Shown: positions 8,300-15,300 of the stretch, piece by piece
Layout: each line of letters opens with the position of its first letter
Position numbering within the stretch: position 1 is the first letter of the stretch
Source: an uncultured Bacteroidales bacterium
Lineage (GTDB): Bacteria > Bacteroidota > Bacteroidia > Bacteroidales > P3
Assembly: GCA_900316055.1 (NCBI GenBank)
Contig: ONBK01000009.1
Location: forward strand, 63,540-87,539
Direction: 5' to 3'
DNA: 24,000 nucleotides
The notes under the pieces: model-generated
Told to the model about the DNA's origin: nothing
Database searches by the model: none
The model's input: only the letters and a program-made list of their open reading frames with translations
Made by a program: the position numbers and the translations under genes

Positions 8300-8637
8300 C
8301 GGCCAAGCAGTTTATCCATTTTCAACGAATTCTTCACGATGCGCTTGAAGGCAGCCAACTGCGCCATGTCCTCGGGCGAGAGCGCATCCACACGGAAAGC
8401 CGTCACCAGCATGCCTGCCAGAGCGGTCTCATCCTCGGTGTACAGATCAAGCAACTCGCAGCCGTAAAGGTCTGCCAACTTCTCCATCACTGCGAGCGGA
8501 ATCTCTCTATCCCCGGCCTCGTAGTTGGCGTAAGCCGACCTCCCGATGCCCAGGAAGCCTGCCACATCCTCCTGCGTGTAGCCGCTCACCTCCCGCATCC
8601 GCTTGATGTTATTCGCTACCAACATTCTCTTTTCCAT
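8296..8637 (-). CDS. XRE-family helix-turn-helix transcriptional regulator
   Basis: NIKRMREVSGYTQEDVAGFLGIGRSAYANYEAGDREIP is a canonical Cro/C1-type HTH. It is the first gene of a three-gene chain. Confidence 0.85.
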   Translation of the reverse strand: MEKRMLVANNIKRMREVSGYTQEDVAGFLGIGRSAYANYEAGDREIPLAVMEKLADLYGCELLDLYTEDETALAGMLVTAFRVDALSPEDMAQLAAFKRIVKNSLKMDKLLGR

Positions 8638-8674
8638 TGCATTACGTATTTTTCATTACTTTCAAAACCTGTGG

Positions 8675-8703
8675 CAAAAATACGAATAATTTTTGAATTC
8701 AAA
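8675..8703 (-). promoter_or_regulatory. Candidate Bacteroidetes-type promoter and palindromic operator for the XRE operon
   Basis: The minus strand carries TATTTTTG (8682-8675), which fits the TAnnTTTG -7 box, about 40 nt upstream of the ATG. A TTTG lies 17 nt further up, inside the perfect 12-bp palindrome TTTGAATTCAAA (8692-8703). Confidence 0.35.
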
Positions 8704-8744
8704 CAATTTTGTCACACTTTTTTAATCTATCACATTTTTCAAAG

Positions 8745-8767
8745 AAAAAAATGCCGATGCCCCGGCA
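8745..8767 (-). terminator. Possible intrinsic terminator
   Basis: The minus RNA reads UGCCG-GGGCAU-CGGCA followed by U7, about 40 nt after the stop of the AlbA_2 fragment. The stem is short (5 bp). Confidence 0.4.
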
Positions 8768-8807
8768 CCAGCCTTTATGAGCCATTTATGAGCCATTTAA
8801 TAATTTC

Positions 8808-9008
8808 TTATTCGGTAGTAAGCACCAGCGCCATGTCCTTCTTGCACCAAAACCATATCTTTGAATCTTCCACGCCCACCACTTGGCGATCATCATCTAC
8901 ACCAATATAGACGCGACCACCCTGAGCGTTGGCGAACCCGCAAATCCATTTCAGATATTCGTCACGCCACGATTCTTTATGCTCTATATTCTGAGATTCT
9001 TCAATCAT
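8808..9008 (-). pseudogene. N-terminal fragment of an AlbA_2 / Schlafen-type DNA-binding ATPase-regulator gene
   Basis: IEHKESWRDEYLKWICGFANAQGGRVYIGVDDD..VVGVED is the conserved start of the ~450-500-aa AlbA_2 family. Here the frame ends after 66 aa. Confidence 0.6.
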
Positions 9009-9098
9009 ATTGTATTCTTTTTCATTTGGGTATCACAGATTGCGACACCTCGCTCTCTTTTTTGAAATGCCAATTTGGCAAGTCAAAGAGACTCTATG

Positions 9099-9106
9099 CA
9101 AATATA
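9099..9106 (-). promoter_or_regulatory. TAnnTTTG -7 box upstream of the AlbA_2 fragment
   Basis: The minus strand reads TATATTTG, a perfect match to the Bacteroidetes -7 consensus. A similar AATCGTTA.ATTTGCA context recurs at 11031-11046 upstream of the DUF4143 remnant. Confidence 0.3.
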
Positions 9107-9194
9107 ACGATTCTGTGGCGATTTTATTGCGCATTATTACAAGAATTGGATATCACAATTTGTGACATCCATTGCCCTTTCAGGGCATATCCAC

Positions 9195-9255
9195 GCCCCC
9201 AACGGGGGCAAATATCCTAGCACAGGGGCTTGCCCCTGTGCATCCGGATACGGAT
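9195..9255. repeat. Three consecutive GC-rich perfect hairpins
   Basis: GCCCCC-AAC-GGGGGC (9195-9209), CACAGGGGC-TT-GCCCCTGTG (9221-9240) and ATCCG-GATA-CGGAT (9242-9255). Confidence 0.7.
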
Positions 9256-9289
9256 AAAAAAGGGAACCTTGCCATCACAAGATTCCCTT
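9256..9289 (-). terminator. Strong intrinsic terminator
   Basis: The minus RNA AAGGGAAUCUUG-UGAUGG-CAAGGUUCCCUU forms a 12-bp stem (one G:U) followed by a U-run. It overlaps the stop codon at 9275-9277. Confidence 0.75.
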
Positions 9290-9368
9290 CTTTCCGAGTT
9301 TCACCACGATGATGAGTACAATTCCCGCCACCAGAATCCAGAAGATCCATTTCAGTGTAAGGAGGAGG

Positions 9369-9421
9369 GTTGAGGGCCGAGGGTTGAGGGAACTCTTCAC
9401 TCTTAACTCTTCACTCTTAAC
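9369..9421. repeat. Tandem word array GTTGAGGG-type followed by CTCTTCA/CTCTTAA x4
   Basis: Read directly: GTTGAGGGCCGAGGGTTGAGGG, then CTCTTCACTCTTAACTCTTCACTCTTAAC. GUUGAGGG can pair with CUCUUAAC only with G:U pairs, and only on the + strand. Confidence 0.85.
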
Positions 9422-9498
9422 TAGAATGCTGTCGCGCACAGCGACGTATACAGTGTCCGTCCTCTCCACAATCTTCACCTCCGCCGCCACCCGAGAAT

Positions 9499-9530
9499 CC
9501 TGAAACTTGGAACTTGAAACCTGGAACTTC
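9499..9530. repeat. Tandem word array (GAAACTTG / GAACTTG type)
   Basis: CCTGAAACTTGGAACTTGAAACCTGGAACTTC read directly. Confidence 0.8.
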
Positions 9531-9573
9531 GTCCTGTCCGTCACCCGTTCCACTTTCAGCGTATCCCCTTCCT

Positions 9574-9600
9574 GTAAGCAGTAAGCAGTAAGCGGTAAGC
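9574..9600. repeat. GTAAGCA heptamer x4
   Basis: GTAAGCAGTAAGCAGTAAGCGGTAAGC read directly. Confidence 0.9.
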
Positions 9601-9767
9601 CAGTCACCGTCTCCGTCACCACCTCGTGTTCTGCCAGATTTTCGTTCAGATTCTGGGAGATTTGACCTTCGGTCTTCCTCCTCCTTGCAAGGCATAGCCC
9701 AAGCGAGCTTGGTCTCTGCTCTTGCTTCGTTCGTCGGTTCTTCGCGTAGCGAATCCCTTGTCTCCCC

Positions 9768-9802
9768 AACCTTGAACTCTTGAATTTTGAACCTTGAACT
9801 CT
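9768..9802. repeat. Tandem word array (CTTGAAC type)
   Basis: AACCTTGAACTCTTGAATTTTGAACCTTGAACTCT read directly. Confidence 0.85.
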
Positions 9803-10020
9803 CAGCGGTCTTCCGCTGAACGCTGCAGCTCACCAATAACAGGGCAAGTGTCCCTGTGAGGGCAATCGCTAACACGCTCAATCGCATAGCGCAGCTCTGC
9901 CACCTCGTTCCGGAGCTCCCCCACCTCCCGCTGCGAGAGCTTGCTGTAGAGTTCGGGCTGCAGCACATACGCCCACGGGCCGATAAGGGCCGATGGGACC
10001 GATGCCGAAGGCAGTTTCGC

Positions 10021-10106
10021 GTTAACAGTTAACACTTGTCCCCTGCTCACAACAAAAGGCCCCGCACCCGCGAGACCTTCCGTTTAACATTTAACATTTT
10101 AACTTT
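10021..10106. repeat. GTTAACA and GTTTAACA word arrays
   Basis: GTTAACAGTTAACACTTG (10021-10038) and GTTTAACATTTAACATTTTAACTTT (10082-10106). Confidence 0.8.
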
Positions 10107-10119
10107 CGGAGCAGCGAGC

Positions 10120-10146
10120 ACAATGCCAAGCTCGCTTGAGCATTGT
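10120..10146 (-). terminator. Hairpin downstream of the DUF4143 remnant (possible terminator)
   Basis: ACAATGC (10120-10126) pairs with GCATTGT (10140-10146) and encloses CAAGC-TC-GCTTG. There is no U-tract. Confidence 0.3.
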
Positions 10147-10181
10147 CGAGTTGTGACGAAGGTCAGCGAAGCTAACACCCC

Positions 10182-10973
10182 CTAATCCTTCAAGCACCCA
10201 ATCGGTACCACATACACACCGTCCTTACGTCTGTAAGCATAAGCACCTGTTCCCGTCAGCACCATCATAAACGAAGGCGATTTCATCTTTGTGGTATCTA
10301 TCTTTTCTGACAGAGCTTTCAGGTTTGCTGCTCCTTCCTCAATCAAGCCCTCCCCACCTAACTTAATTTCTATCAATCCATAGGTCCCGTTACGCCTATG
10401 CAGCACAGCATCACACTCCAGTCCATTCTTATCCCTATAGTGATACAACTCTCCGTCCAACGGGTCTGCGAACACACGCAAATCCCTCACAGCCATAGTC
10501 TCAAAGAATAGCCCGAACGTATTCAAGTCGTTCAGAAAATCTTTCGGTCCAATACCCAGCGCAGCCACACCTATCGAAGGGTCTGTAAAATAACGCGTAT
10601 CGCTTGTCCTTACTGCCGTTTTGCTACGAAGATTCGGATTCCAAGCTCTCATATCCTCCACCACAAAGATCTTCTTCAAAGCTTTCAAATACGAGGCCAC
10701 AGTATCATCATTCAACGAAGAGTTGTCGTTAGTCTTCATATCAGCGCGGATCACGCTGTAGTTCACAGCAGCACCTTGATGTCTGGCATACGAACGCATC
10801 AGCAATTTCACCCTCTCAGGGTCACGATCCACACCGTCAGTCCTTTGAATATCATAATGGACCACCGAATCAAAATAGTCCCTTGCCTGATCCAACGCCA
10901 CAGCGCCATCCAGCATCGATGCCTGCGGCCATCCTCCACGACAAGTGAGATAGGCCAGTTGCTCAACTTCCAT
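10182..10973 (-). pseudogene. DUF4143-only remnant of an AAA(AAA_14)+DUF4143 ATPase gene
   Basis: It starts at LAYLTCRGGWPQA, the position that follows the AAA domain in full-length family members. It ends with the typical EIDAV-type nuclease-like tail (ECDAVL...YGLIEIKLG). The ~150-aa P-loop domain is absent. Confidence 0.55.
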
Positions 10974-10993
10974 ACAATAATTTACAACTCATA

Positions 10994-11030
10994 TTCGGGA
11001 GTTTGGCGCAATTCCGTTCGGGAGTTTGGC
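10994..11030. repeat. 14-bp direct repeat TTCGGGAGTTTGGC x2
   Basis: Exact copies at 10994-11007 and 11017-11030, just upstream of the DUF4143 remnant. Confidence 0.9.
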
Positions 11031-11130
11031 TGCAAATTAACGATTTCCTGCCGAACTTATTGCATTTCTTATCGTTTCTTTTGCATTTTTAACACCTTAC
11101 GCGTTTAAATCACCCATTTTGCTCTCAACT

Positions 11131-11236
11131 CCCCCGCTTCCGGCACATTTGCGGGGCAGGCCCGCAAAAGAGCCTTCAGCTCCCCACGCAGAGAGGCTGC
11201 TCGCCGGGGGCGTGCGCCCACGCTGCCTAAGCCCCC
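11131..11236. repeat. GC-rich hairpin cluster downstream of the HA mini-gene
   Basis: CCCCGC (11132-11137) pairs with GCGGGG (11151-11156), and alternatively GCGGG (11151-11155) pairs with CCCGC (11161-11165). GGGGGC (11206-11211) pairs with GCCCCC (11231-11236) and encloses GCGTG/CACGC. Confidence 0.6.
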
Positions 11237-11239
11237 GCG

Positions 11240-11470
11240 CTACTTGTATTGATTCTTCCTCTTATACCTCTCCTCTAACGCAAGAAGCTCATTGAACCAT
11301 TTTAGGCGTTGTTCTTCCAGCGCATTAGCGTTCATGAGCTTCTTTTGTTGCTTGACCCAATTTCTTAGTCCGCGTTCAGAATCAACGTATTTAGAAGGAT
11401 TCCGCTTATTGGCCTCAATAAACTTAATCACCTCATTATATCTTGTCAACCAACGAGTTTCTTGATCCAT
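11240..11470 (-). CDS. Helicase-associated (HA) domain mini-protein, 76 aa (copy 1)
   Basis: RWLTRYNEVIKFIEANKRNPSKYVDSERGLRNWVKQQKKL....L..QRLKWFNELL fits the single HA-domain pattern (W..y..l..F.......P.......L..W...Q.......L...R...f..L). It is a paralog of 22083-22316. Confidence 0.6.
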   Translation of the reverse strand: MDQETRWLTRYNEVIKFIEANKRNPSKYVDSERGLRNWVKQQKKLMNANALEEQRLKWFNELLALEERYKRKNQYK

Positions 11471-11500
11471 AATTCCGTAAATCCGTAAATTCGTGATTCC

Positions 11501-11518
11501 TGCGTAGCCCGCTACGCA
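11501..11518 (-). terminator. Hairpin overlapping the four-helix-bundle gene stop
   Basis: TGCGTAG-CCCG-CTACGCA: a 7-bp perfect stem that contains the TAG stop (11512-11514). No U-tract. Confidence 0.3.
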
Positions 11519-11907
11519 TTAAGGCGCTTCTTAACCTTGGCAGTGATTGTTATCAGGATTTTATTTATCCGTGAACAATCACTAAGAAGCGACTCAGCTT
11601 GAACAGTTGATAGGTATCCGTTATCCCGGAGCAGCGAGAGCCAATTCTCGCTCTCCCTGGCTTCCTTCAGTGCAATACTGGTCTTACTCAAAAAGTCGGC
11701 ATCGCTTTGTGGATGTTGCGCCTCATTCATATTGGCATTGATGCTTGTAGCAGACCTCAACAACTGCCTACCCAACGCATCGACGATATCTCTATCCGCC
11801 TTACTCAGCTTCCCCTCGTTCAGATATTTATATAGCCTTATAATCCTACAAGAGAAATCATAGCTAAACTCCAGCACTTGCGCCTCCTTCTTCTCAGCCT
11901 CTGTCAT
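11512..11907 (-). CDS. Four-helix-bundle protein (23S rRNA intervening-sequence protein / S23p family, Avd-like fold)
   Basis: LGRQLLRSATSINANMNEAQHPQSDADFLSKTSIALKEARESENWLSLLRDNGYLS matches the family core (Q..RSa.SI.aNiaEg....s..dF...l.iA..Ea.Et.yWL.ll). I place the start at Met39 (11907). The 38 upstream codons of the listed ORF (to 12021) translate the octamer array and look spurious. Confidence 0.75.
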   Translation of the reverse strand: MTEAEKKEAQVLEFSYDFSCRIIRLYKYLNEGKLSKADRDIVDALGRQLLRSATSINANMNEAQHPQSDADFLSKTSIALKEARESENWLSLLRDNGYLSTVQAESLLSDCSRINKILITITAKVKKRLNA

Positions 11908-11944
11908 AAGAGGGCGCAATTCACCTTCAAATTTGCGCACCTCT

Positions 11945-12287
11945 GAATCCACGGATTTACGGAAGTTCGGATTTCCGGACTTCTGTTTCCTGTTGTATGT
12001 TTTAGTTTTTTTCTCTTCCATTGTTCGTAGATTCGTAAATCCTTAAATCCAAAAGTCCACGCACTGCGTGTTCCGCCATTCCGTGGCAACGCCACATGTT
12101 CCGTGTTTCCGTAGATCCGTGGTTCCATTAATCCACGCTCCGCGTGTCCGTGATTCCATATCTCCGTAGTTCCGTATCTCCATAGATTCGCACGTCCGCG
12201 CTCCGCGCCTCCGTGATTCCGTGAATTCCTGGATCCGTAATTCCAGCGAAGCTATGTTCCGTAGATTCGTGATTCCTGCGAAGCATG
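11945..12287 (-). repeat. Degenerate octamer array, GGAnnnAC on the minus strand (GTnnnTCC on +)
   Basis: Hand parse of 12022-12287 gives about 28 consecutive units, for example GTAGATTC GTAAATCC TTAAATCC AAAAGTCC ... GTGATTCC ATATCTCC GTAGTTCC GTATCTCC ... GTGATTCC GTGAATTCC TGGATCC GTAATTCC. An inverted sub-block lies at 11945-11990, and the same words occur at 11471-11500. Confidence 0.85.
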
Positions 12288-12289
12288 TT

Positions 12290-12310
12290 CCAACGCTCGT
12301 CTTGCGTCAT
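12290..12310 (-). pseudogene. 5' remnant of a third HA mini-gene
   Basis: The minus strand reads ATGACGCAAGACGAGCGTTGG (MTQDERW). It matches the first 21 nt of the HA gene at 22316 (ATGACGCAAGAAGAGCGGTGG) at 19/21 positions, then runs into the octamer array. Confidence 0.45.
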
Positions 12311-12337
12311 TTTCAATTGATAATCTAAATGCACCAT

Positions 12338-15300
12338 TCACGCATCAAGCCACTCCTCCTGAAGTGCATTCAAGTTCACTTCAAAAGGAAGGTGATGTCT
12401 GATAACAAACAATGTGTGGTTAGCTTGATTATCCTTCCCTTCATATTCGTCAATTATCTTCATGCCCTTACTCGCAAGGAACGAATAATTCACAAATTCT
12501 TCAGGTTTAGTAAGAATACGAGACCTCCAGAATGATGCTATAAACTCATTAATTACAGTTTTCACCTCACTGCCTATCACCTTAACCAAATCGCTTTCAA
12601 GTCTTACAATAACAGCCATGATATACTTGAATGCCTGATAAGAATCCACATTGATTGTTGTAATAAGGTAAGCGAATATGTATACTGGATAGTATCTATT
12701 CATATCCAGTTTATTTACCTCGTCAATATAAGTCTTATTATACTCTTTTCTTTCCAAAACGGCAATCACCTCTTTAACAACTTCGTCGTGTATGACAGGC
12801 TGATAACTGCGCAGAATGTCACGTATCTTTTCCAGCCCGCTTCTATCGCCTGTGATAGCCATCTTCAGAGCCAGGAAAAGCACCGGTGTCATCACATACT
12901 CAATAAATTCAGAGTCCGCACTCTCCCGTTTCATCTCTGGATGCGTCTCAAATGTCTTTGTCTGAGACAAAGTGGAAATGTCTGCTATCTGCGCCACCGC
13001 ATCAAAGTCCTGTTCTTTCAGGAACACAGGCACCAAAAGAGTCACAATAAAATGGATCTCCATTGTTTCACCCCGTCTTTTGATGGCTTCCAGCACTCTA
13101 TATGCCCAATCTGTTTTCATCTTTTCCATCTTTAATGCATCACATATCTGGTACATCAGGTAGCTAGATGTAAAGATTCTATCCTCTGAATAAAGATTAT
13201 CCAAGGCCTGCGCATCCTGTTCCGTAAACATGCCACGGTACGACTTCGCCTGCCCATCTGGAACCTCTCTCACACCTAATTCACCAAGATAGTTTACCAT
13301 CAACCAATCGCAAAGGCAAAGATATGTCTTGGCAAAGGGCGATTTCAATCCTTCTTCACTTGTCACATACTTGACACACTCAGAGATCACGTCAACTGAC
13401 CTAACTCTATCGCCAGCATCCCAATACATTAGTGATAATTCGCCCAAACATTGGTAATACTCATATATTGTACTTGAATGCCCGGGCTTTTGGACATAGT
13501 CAATAACCTTCTTCAACTGAGCGATACCTTCATTCATATCCGTCTCGCTCATCACATACGCCTTTATCTGGCCCAAATGAAGATGAATATTGGGTATCAC
13601 CTCACCATACTCTGCCGTCTGCAAGGCTTCGATATATGGCAATGTTTCTTTATTCTCTACTTCATTATTCGAATAGATTGAGTATGCCATCGAGCCATTT
13701 AACAGCACTTTCGCCAAAGGATATTTTTCAAACTGAATATAATAGTTGCCATAAACTCTTCTAGTATCCTCGTACCGTCCTGCTTTATTGAATGTCTCCA
13801 TCATCTCAAACAGGGCAGAGATCGCCATTTCCGGACATCTATACTCAATTGATTTATCCAATATATGCTGTAAACCCGCTATGATATCCCCCTGTTCCCA
13901 ACTTTTCCACTCTCTATTCACTAACTGGTATCCTGCCAAGTAGCAATGCTCACATATATCACTGTCCGAGTGGTTATACTCAAAAGGTTTAGCTGCAAAA
14001 TCTTTCAGCCAGGTCTCAAACTCTTCTATCTTTGTGAAGCGGAGTGGCAAAAACCAGATGCTCTTTTTGTACAGTTCATCCATCTCGTCCAGTTCATCCA
14101 CGCCCTTGCTATTCTTATTACGTTTTTCGATAGACAGGTTGTGATATTTCAAGCCAGCTTGAATTCTGTCCTCCGACCAACACAAAACGCTCAGCACACT
14201 ATAATAGGCAGCAGTCAGTTCACTTTCCGCCGCGCCCTCAATTATCCTGCAAAGATCATTCAGTATGTAATTTCTCTTGCTAGAAGACAGATTCTTCAGT
14301 ATCGTTAGTTGCTGAACTCTGACAGCAATCCGCAAATTCTCGGTCATCAGAATTGGCAGTTGGACATCCACCCACATAGAAGGAAGAATAGTCAGTTTGG
14401 GCAAATCTTCTTTCCTGATTTTCTCCAAAGCCCGCATATACATCAGTCCTGCTTCATCATACCGTTCTGCATTCTGCGCATAGAGTATGTAGTGAAGCAC
14501 ATCCAATTCATTAAGGGGCCCAGTCTTAATCATTATTCTGGATGCCAATAGCCAGTTACAACTCCTATAGCATTCATTATCCATATCAGGAGTCCATGCC
14601 TTATCATAAAGAGGTGTCACTTTATAGAGTCCGCTTTCTTCCGTCACCCACCCTGGTGTCAGAGACAGCAGCTTACTCCTTGGTTCCGCAATCTGCGGAC
14701 TGACCGAAGCCAAAGCCTTCACATCATCCTCTGAAAAGACTGTTTTCACCAGCATCAGACGGTTCAGCAGACTTCTGGTATCAGAATCAGGAATCATCCT
14801 TTGCATCAACTCTGCCAACGAGCGAGAGAGTTTATGATCAAAAGAATAGTTCAGCATCTGTCCAAACACCTTCTCATCCATCACCCAGTTACAGGAAGAA
14901 AGATATGTACATAGTGCTCTTGCCAATACTGGATGTCCGTAACTGTGTGCCCAAATAAACTTGCTGAAGTCTTGTCTTGGCGAATAGGTCTCTATCAGTT
15001 CCTTGGTTTCTACTTCTGTCAACAACGGGACTTCCACCTGTGCCACACGGCTCATATCCACCAAAGTCATATTCTCATCTATAGGAGCGTCTGTAGTGAC
15101 GACGGGCTTTTTTCCTTCTTGTAATTCTTGATAACAGAGCCGTATTACTTCATTGAGATGACCTGATGGCACATCCGTACAAACAAAACCATCTTTGACA
15201 TTGCTGAGCACCAGCTCTGACAAAGTTCGTTTCCCTGTTTTCACACTCCCGAACAACACAAGCACCTTTCCTTCGTTACAATGCTGAACACATTGCTGCA

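Larger units (their letters stand above)
9275..9887 (-). pseudogene. Probable frameshifted gene: lipoprotein signal peptide (one frame) and C-terminal TM anchor (another frame)
   Basis: The ATG at 9887 opens MRLSVLAIALTGTLALLLVSC, a signal peptide with an LVSC lipobox. The frame ending at 9275 closes with LKWIFWILVAGIVLIIVVKLGKK, a TM helix, and has only a TTG at its 5' end. The two frames overlap between about 9770 and 9417. Confidence 0.3.
11472..11965 (-). mobile_element. IVS-like mini-element: four-helix-bundle gene bounded by 21-nt inverted termini
   Basis: ATTCCGTAAATCCGTAAATTC (11472-11492) and GAATCCACGGATTTACGGAAG (11945-11965) are inverted repeats (18/21 as DNA). On the minus-strand RNA, 20 of 21 positions pair because two of the mismatches become G:U. 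Confidence 0.4.

Noticed and set aside
9802-10050. 82-aa minus-strand ORF upstream of the lipoprotein-like start
   Set aside because: It overlaps the signal-peptide region in another frame and runs through word arrays. A coiled-coil-like stretch (REVGELRNEVAELRYAIERV) is the only support, which is not enough to call it.
11908-12021. N-terminal 38 codons of the listed 169-aa four-helix-bundle ORF
   Set aside because: They read through the inverted octamer sub-block and are K/R-rich low complexity. Family members are about 120-130 aa, so Met39 (11907) is the more likely start.
11945-12287. CRISPR array
   Set aside because: The period is 8 nt with no unique spacers. The repeats are degenerate, and no cas genes are in the window.
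11945-12287. CsrB/RsmZ-like GGA-rich sponge RNA
   Set aside because: GGA recurs about every 8 nt on the minus strand. However, it is a strict tandem array rather than GGA motifs in hairpin loops, and I have no evidence for a CsrA-type partner. It is kept only as a periodic repeat.
12128-12337. 69-aa ORF starting right after the STAND-like gene stop
   Set aside because: Apart from the MTQDERW remnant, it simply translates the octamer array (GITDPGIH GITEARSA ...). There is no protein-like composition.
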